Assembly: GCA_002269645.1 (NCBI GenBank)
Contig: NIVC01000720.1
Coordinates: forward strand, 1 to 64,000
Direction: 5' to 3'
DNA: 64,000 nt
DNA from: Macrostomum lignano
Lineage: Eukaryota
Shown here: positions 59,901-64,000 of the stretch, in pieces
Layout: each line of letters opens with the position of its first letter
How positions within the stretch are numbered: position 1 is the stretch's first letter
Notes under the pieces: generated by a model
Told to the model about the DNA's origin: nothing
The model's database searches: none
Seen by the model: only the letters and a program-made list of their open reading frames with translations
Translations under genes and position numbers: made by a program

Positions 59901-62900
59901 GCACAAAATGCAAACTGTATTTCATTTTAGCTCTGAGCCTAAAAGAGCGACTGACAAAGTAATACGCTCGTAATTAGTCTAACTTTTTATTAAAACTGAA
60001 TTTCATTAACTCCTGACCCGAGCGTTCTGAGAACATGATAGACTACTCCTGTATAGAAGGAGGCGAGATTTCTGGGTTGCAGCGCGAAGAAATCGACTTT
60101 GTATGCCAACTCCGTGGCCGTGGGCGAATGTTCAATCAGTACACTGGCTTGCCTGTGCCTGGAATTGGAGTCAGCAAGGCGCTCGACAACGGCCTGTTGG
60201 ATGATCTAGTAAACGATCTTTCTGCTGAAGCGAGCAGCGACAATCAACTCCGGGAGCTAACAAGTGATGAAGTGAGCGCCATTTTGGATGTGGAGAATGC
60301 CTCACGCGTCGTCTCTACCGAAGCAAAAACAAGACAGTGTGTGGAGAAATTCTGATACTGACTGCGAACAATGGGACTTTAATGGAGTTCTGCCGACTGC
60401 AGTGCTAGAGAAAAATGGATCCCGTGTTCTATTTTTCCTATAAGTGAGTACCTCTGAACGCCATGTACTGTAAAGACGGCGTGGGTTGCACCACAAGACT
60501 ATATTATATCGTTACTGTTGTCCTCTTTGTAATGTTGCACTCTTAACGTTTTAAATACTCGTACAATCGTTTTTGCTTCGTCTATGGCCCAGCCCGATAT
60601 CGGGCAGAGAATGGGCCATTTCTTAAGCAGTCTTGCCCACAGAACTTACACAGAATGCTCAATCAGCGATTTAATGAAATTAAACTGCATAGAAATAGAT
60701 ATGCGTACAAACTACTAATCCGGTGAAGAAACATAAGTAGCCATAGACTATTACTCAAGTGTGTAGCACAAGATATATTCATTTAATAGAATTACTTGCA
60801 GCAGCATTGTCTTTTCACTAAGAATTTGGATGTTTGGTTTTGCTGCAGTGAAGTATGCCTTCTGCAAAATCGCGAAAACAGTGTGCTGCCTATGGCTGTC
60901 CAAATTATTCCTATCGTTGTCTACCAGAAACCAGGTTTCACAGCTTTCCTTCAAACCGTGCCCGGTAAGCTTAGTCGAATCGTGACTAATATTATTTGCA
61001 TGAAAACTTGTGTACGATTTATGTTGAATTTTACGCTGTAGGTGTGAAGACTGGGCTCGTCGCATCTTCCGTGCTGACCTTCTGGGGAAGAAGTATGAGC
61101 ACAAATGGGCGACTGCAGTGGTGTGCAGTCAGCACTTCGCTGATCACATGTATATGTGCCCGAAAGACCGTCATGAGCCGCACAGTCGACTTGTCTGGAA
61201 TGCGCATCCAACACTGAAGCTGTATAAAGACACGGCTCAGGAGCAGAAGACCCGCTCGCCTACAAAGCCAAGAGCCTGTGTCTCAGAAGAGTTACATTTA
61301 TACCAGACTCAAAATCAAAAGAAAGCACAAATTTGCGGAACGACTTTGCGGAGCATCGCAGAGTCCAGTCTGACTGTAGTCAGACAGTAGTTTGTACGCA
61401 TATCTATTTCTACGCAGTTTAATTTCATTAAATCGCTGATTGAGCATTCTGTGTAAGTTCTGTGGTCTTGCCCGCAAAATCAAGCAGGAATACATATGCA
61501 GCACCCGTTGCAATTATAGAAATCTATGCTATAAATATCGCGCCAACTCTTTCCAGAATATTTTGGGTTTAGGAAAGTTCCTTGTCAAAAACTATTATAC
61601 GAGTGTAAATATAAACGCGGTTCACTCTTAAATTAATTTTCTGCTTAAGTACTCAAAACAGAACTGACTGCGAAAGGAAAATTCTGTTTGGGGACCAGCT
61701 CTGCTCATGGCTCACATCCCAGGGCTCATGGGGATTAGTTCAGATCCCAAGGCTCATGGGGATTAGTTCAGATCCAAGGCTCATGGGGATTATAGCTCAC
61801 ATCCAAGGCTCATGGGGATTATAGCTCACATCCCAAGGCTCATGGGGATTATATCTCACATCCCAAGGCTCATGGGGATTATAGCTCACATCCCAAGGCT
61901 CATGGGGATTATAGCTTACATCAAGGCTCATGGAAATTAGCTCACATCATAAGGCTCATGGGGATTAGCTCACATCCCAAGGCTCATGGGATTATAGCTC
62001 ACATCCCAAGGCTCATGGGGATTATAGCTCACATCAAGGCTCATGGAAATTAGCTCACATCTCAAGGCTCATGGGGATTAGCTCATTTACGACAATTAAA
62101 TTTTGAGAATGTAAGCGTTGAGCCTCACTTCAACAGAACTACATGTACGTAGCCAGCACATGTCTATAGAGAATACCGCGCACTCACCGTTTTGTACTTG
62201 AGCAGATCTTCCGGATCAATGCCATTGGGATTGTAGATCGAGCCGTCAATCTCCAGCACGCCAATTAACCTGGCCTGCGCCTTGCGCAGGTAGTGGCTGC
62301 TGTGGTAGCCCACATTGCCGAAGCCCTGCACTACGAAAGTTTTGCCCTTCAGTCCCGTGCTCAGACCCAGCCGGCCAGCATATGACACATCGTCTAGGAA
62401 ATTTTTCACGGCAAAGTAGATCCCCTGTCACAGGGGGTGGAGGGAGGAACAAAAGCGCGGTCTTTGAGCTGAACTTTGGCTGAAATCGCACTGGCTGATT
62501 CCTATTCAACTTGCACAGTTATGAATGTGTTTTGATCAGAAAGTCAAGTAGTGGCTGTTTTAACTCATGGAATAGAGACCTCTTTCCCCTCTCCGTTCTC
62601 TTCCGCTTGCCTCCCTTCCTCCCTTCATCTCACCTCCCTTCATATCACCTCCCTTCATATCACCTCCCTTCATCTCACCTCCCTTCATATCACCTCCCTT
62701 CATATCACCTCCCTTCATCTCACCTCTCTTCATCTCACCTCCCTTCATCTCACCTCCCTTCATCTCACCTCCCTTCATCTCACCTCCCTTCATCTCACCT
62801 CCCTTCATCTCACCTCCCTTCATCTCACCTCCCTTCATCTCACCTCCCTTCATCTCACCTCCCTTCATCTCACCTCCTTTCATCTCACCTCCCTTCATCT

Positions 62901-64000
62901 CACCTCCACTATTTGTCTTTTCCTCTTATCTCCTTTCATCTCCCCCATTCATCTCCCTCCCCTTCCCTTCTCCCCTCTCTTCTTCTCCCTCCATTCTCCC
63001 TTCCTTCATCCCAATTCTACCCCACTATTGAAGTAGTGACTTACCCGTCCCGTAGCGGAGGTCCGGCCATGAATGCCAAACAGTGTGATCGGCTTGCCAG
63101 TGACGCAAGCGTGCGCGTTTAAATCGCTGGAGCCTGACAAATCAAAGTAGTTGAGATTGCATTTATAGAAGATTCAAAATACAAATTTTCCAAGCGCAGA
63201 GAATGTCGTACTTCGGGGACTCTGGATTGAGGCACGCTGTGCATAAAGGAAAGGAGCATTATGTGAATGGAGGGGGTCAGGACTATGTGAATGGGGGCGC
63301 TGTGTCAATGAAGGGGCGCTGTGTGAACGGGGGGCTCTGTGTGAATGCAGAGGTGCTGTGTGAATGGGGGGGCTCTGTGTGAATGAAGGGGTGCTGTGTG
63401 AATAGGGAGCTCTGTGTAAATGCTTTTTGCGCAAATAGAGGGAGGGCTGCGTGAATAGAAGAACAGGCTGTGTGAGTAGAGGGTGCTGTATGAGCGGGAG
63501 ATCGCTCACCGTGCGTGTTCAAATACGTGTCGACAATCCAGCCCATCTCCCTCTCCGAGGTGCCCATGTCCGGCGCGGGCACGTCAACGCCCGGTCCGAT
63601 GAAGTTCTTCTTGGCCAATTCAACCGCGAATCGTCTGGTGATTTTCTCCAGCTCAACTGCCGAGTAGGCCGTGGGATCGATCGCTATGCCGGCCTTGGCG
63701 CCGCCGAACGGCACGTCGACCAGAGCGCATTTGTAGGTCATGAGGGAGGCCAGCGCCTTCACATCGTTCTTGGTGACACTGGGCGCGAACCGGATGCCGC
63801 CTTTACACGGCGTCCTATGGAGTGAGTGCTGCGCCCGCCAGGCCGAGATGATCTCGAAGTCGCCGTTGTCTCTCCGGATCGGGAAGTTCACCTCCAGGAC
63901 GAAGTTGCACTCGCGGATGGAGTTGAGAATGCCCCGGACTCGGTGCTGGCGCTCCTCAATGCCGACTCGGCGAGGATAGCCGGCCACCAGCTCGTCCACT
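53910..64000 (-). CDS. GLUD1: Glutamate dehydrogenase (5' end outside the window)
   Basis: Exons >64000-63510, 63133-63045, 62424-62188 and 54539-53910 splice in phase. [45 protein letters not shown] and [17 protein letters not shown] are present, plus the animal-type antenna region. Confidence 0.97.
54595..55480 (+). mobile_element. Degenerate non-LTR retrotransposon APE endonuclease fragment
   Basis: [27 protein letters not shown] and VLDLGICS motifs occur across stops and frameshifts. Confidence 0.8.
55490..55838 (-). mobile_element. 5' end of an Ingi-like LINE (5' leader, ORF start, 2A-like peptide, PHD-like start), 3'-truncated
   Basis: The ORF from the ATG at 55744 contains [13 protein letters not shown] (55585-55559) followed by CDSCGSVIR. 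The leader begins directly after the (GAA)6 tail of the adjacent copy. Confidence 0.7.
55839..57037 (-). mobile_element. 3' part of an I-group (Ingi-like) LINE: RNase H + CCHC knuckle + 3' UTR + (GAA)6 tail
   Basis: [45 protein letters not shown]...EDHILRQC; stop at 55899, GAA repeats at about 55856-55839. Confidence 0.9.
57038..58264 (+). pseudogene. Second SMase D/PLD copy, 5'-truncated and frameshifted
   Basis: Near-identical to 44223-45344; I counted 6 amino-acid differences in the shared 325 aa. It begins within the poly-Leu signal peptide with no ATG, and a 146-nt insertion separates the first catalytic His from the rest. Confidence 0.85.
58563..59483 (+). mobile_element. IS630/Tc1-like element with ~125-bp TIRs carrying only the C-terminal DDE region
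   Basis: ORF 58672-59277: [32 protein letters not shown]. The TIRs start TATACCTTTTTACG and end CGTAAAAAGGAATATA. Confidence 0.88.
60035..60530 (+). pseudogene. Possible Crypton/DUF3504-type tyrosine-recombinase N-terminal relic
   Basis: [14 protein letters not shown]...[15 protein letters not shown], then in another frame KDG...RLYYIV. This resembles the recalled pattern FxxxSxEExxxL...NTxxxTxxxVxxFxxW...KDGxxY..TLYxI. Motif recall only. Confidence 0.35.
60638..61464 (+). mobile_element. 827-bp non-autonomous P-superfamily-like DNA transposon
   Basis: ~80-bp TIRs (cacagaacttacacagaatgctc... / ...gagcattctgtgtaagttctgtg), an exact 8-bp TSD GTCTTGCC (60630-37 and 61465-72), and an internal THAP gene. 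Confidence 0.85.
60855..61390 (+). CDS. THAP-domain-only protein (152 aa, one intron) inside the P-like element
   Basis: join(60855..60964,61042..61390), GT-AG, in frame. CAAYGC, FHSFP, W, CSQHF and AHPTL form a complete C2CH THAP fold; the stop lies within the right TIR. Confidence 0.8.
61705..62085. repeat. ~30-bp minisatellite (aaggctcatggggattatagctcacatccc) in the GDH intron
   Basis: About 13 copies. Confidence 0.93.
62615..62905. repeat. 15-bp pyrimidine-rich minisatellite (ctcccttcatctcac) in a GDH intron
   Basis: About 19 copies; it explains the GGEMK/SSHLP ORFs. Confidence 0.95.

Overview
Eukaryotic (metazoan) genomic DNA. GC-rich exons with GT-AG introns are set among AT-rich intergenic DNA and many tandem repeats. 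This style suggests a free-living flatworm such as Macrostomum, but that is inference only. Gene models I could splice by hand: a CAP/SCP+EGF gene, MEIOB, a second CAP gene with one in-frame TAA, a 97-aa achaete-scute bHLH, TM9SF1, an orphan zinc-finger-like ORF, a secreted cystine-knot-like gene, SPAG6, a sphingomyelinase-D/PLD toxin-like gene plus a broken second copy, a RING-CH membrane E3 ligase, DHCR24, and glutamate dehydrogenase (runs off the right edge). Most larger introns hold their own minisatellite. The 7.6-kb last GDH intron (54540-62187) is a nest of passengers: a LINE endonuclease relic, two Ingi-like LINE pieces (one with a 2A peptide and a candidate HDV-like ribozyme), the disrupted SMase D copy, a D30E IS630/Tc1-like element, a Crypton-like relic, and a P-type element with an 8-bp TSD carrying a spliced THAP-only gene. 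The most striking unexplained signal is the octamer CCATAGAC/GTCTATGG. I counted at least 28 exact copies by eye, against about 2 expected. All lie outside coding exons, mostly paired in the inverted-repeat arms of otherwise unrelated mobile elements. All coordinates and gene identities come from manual reading and recalled family motifs; no database searches were run.
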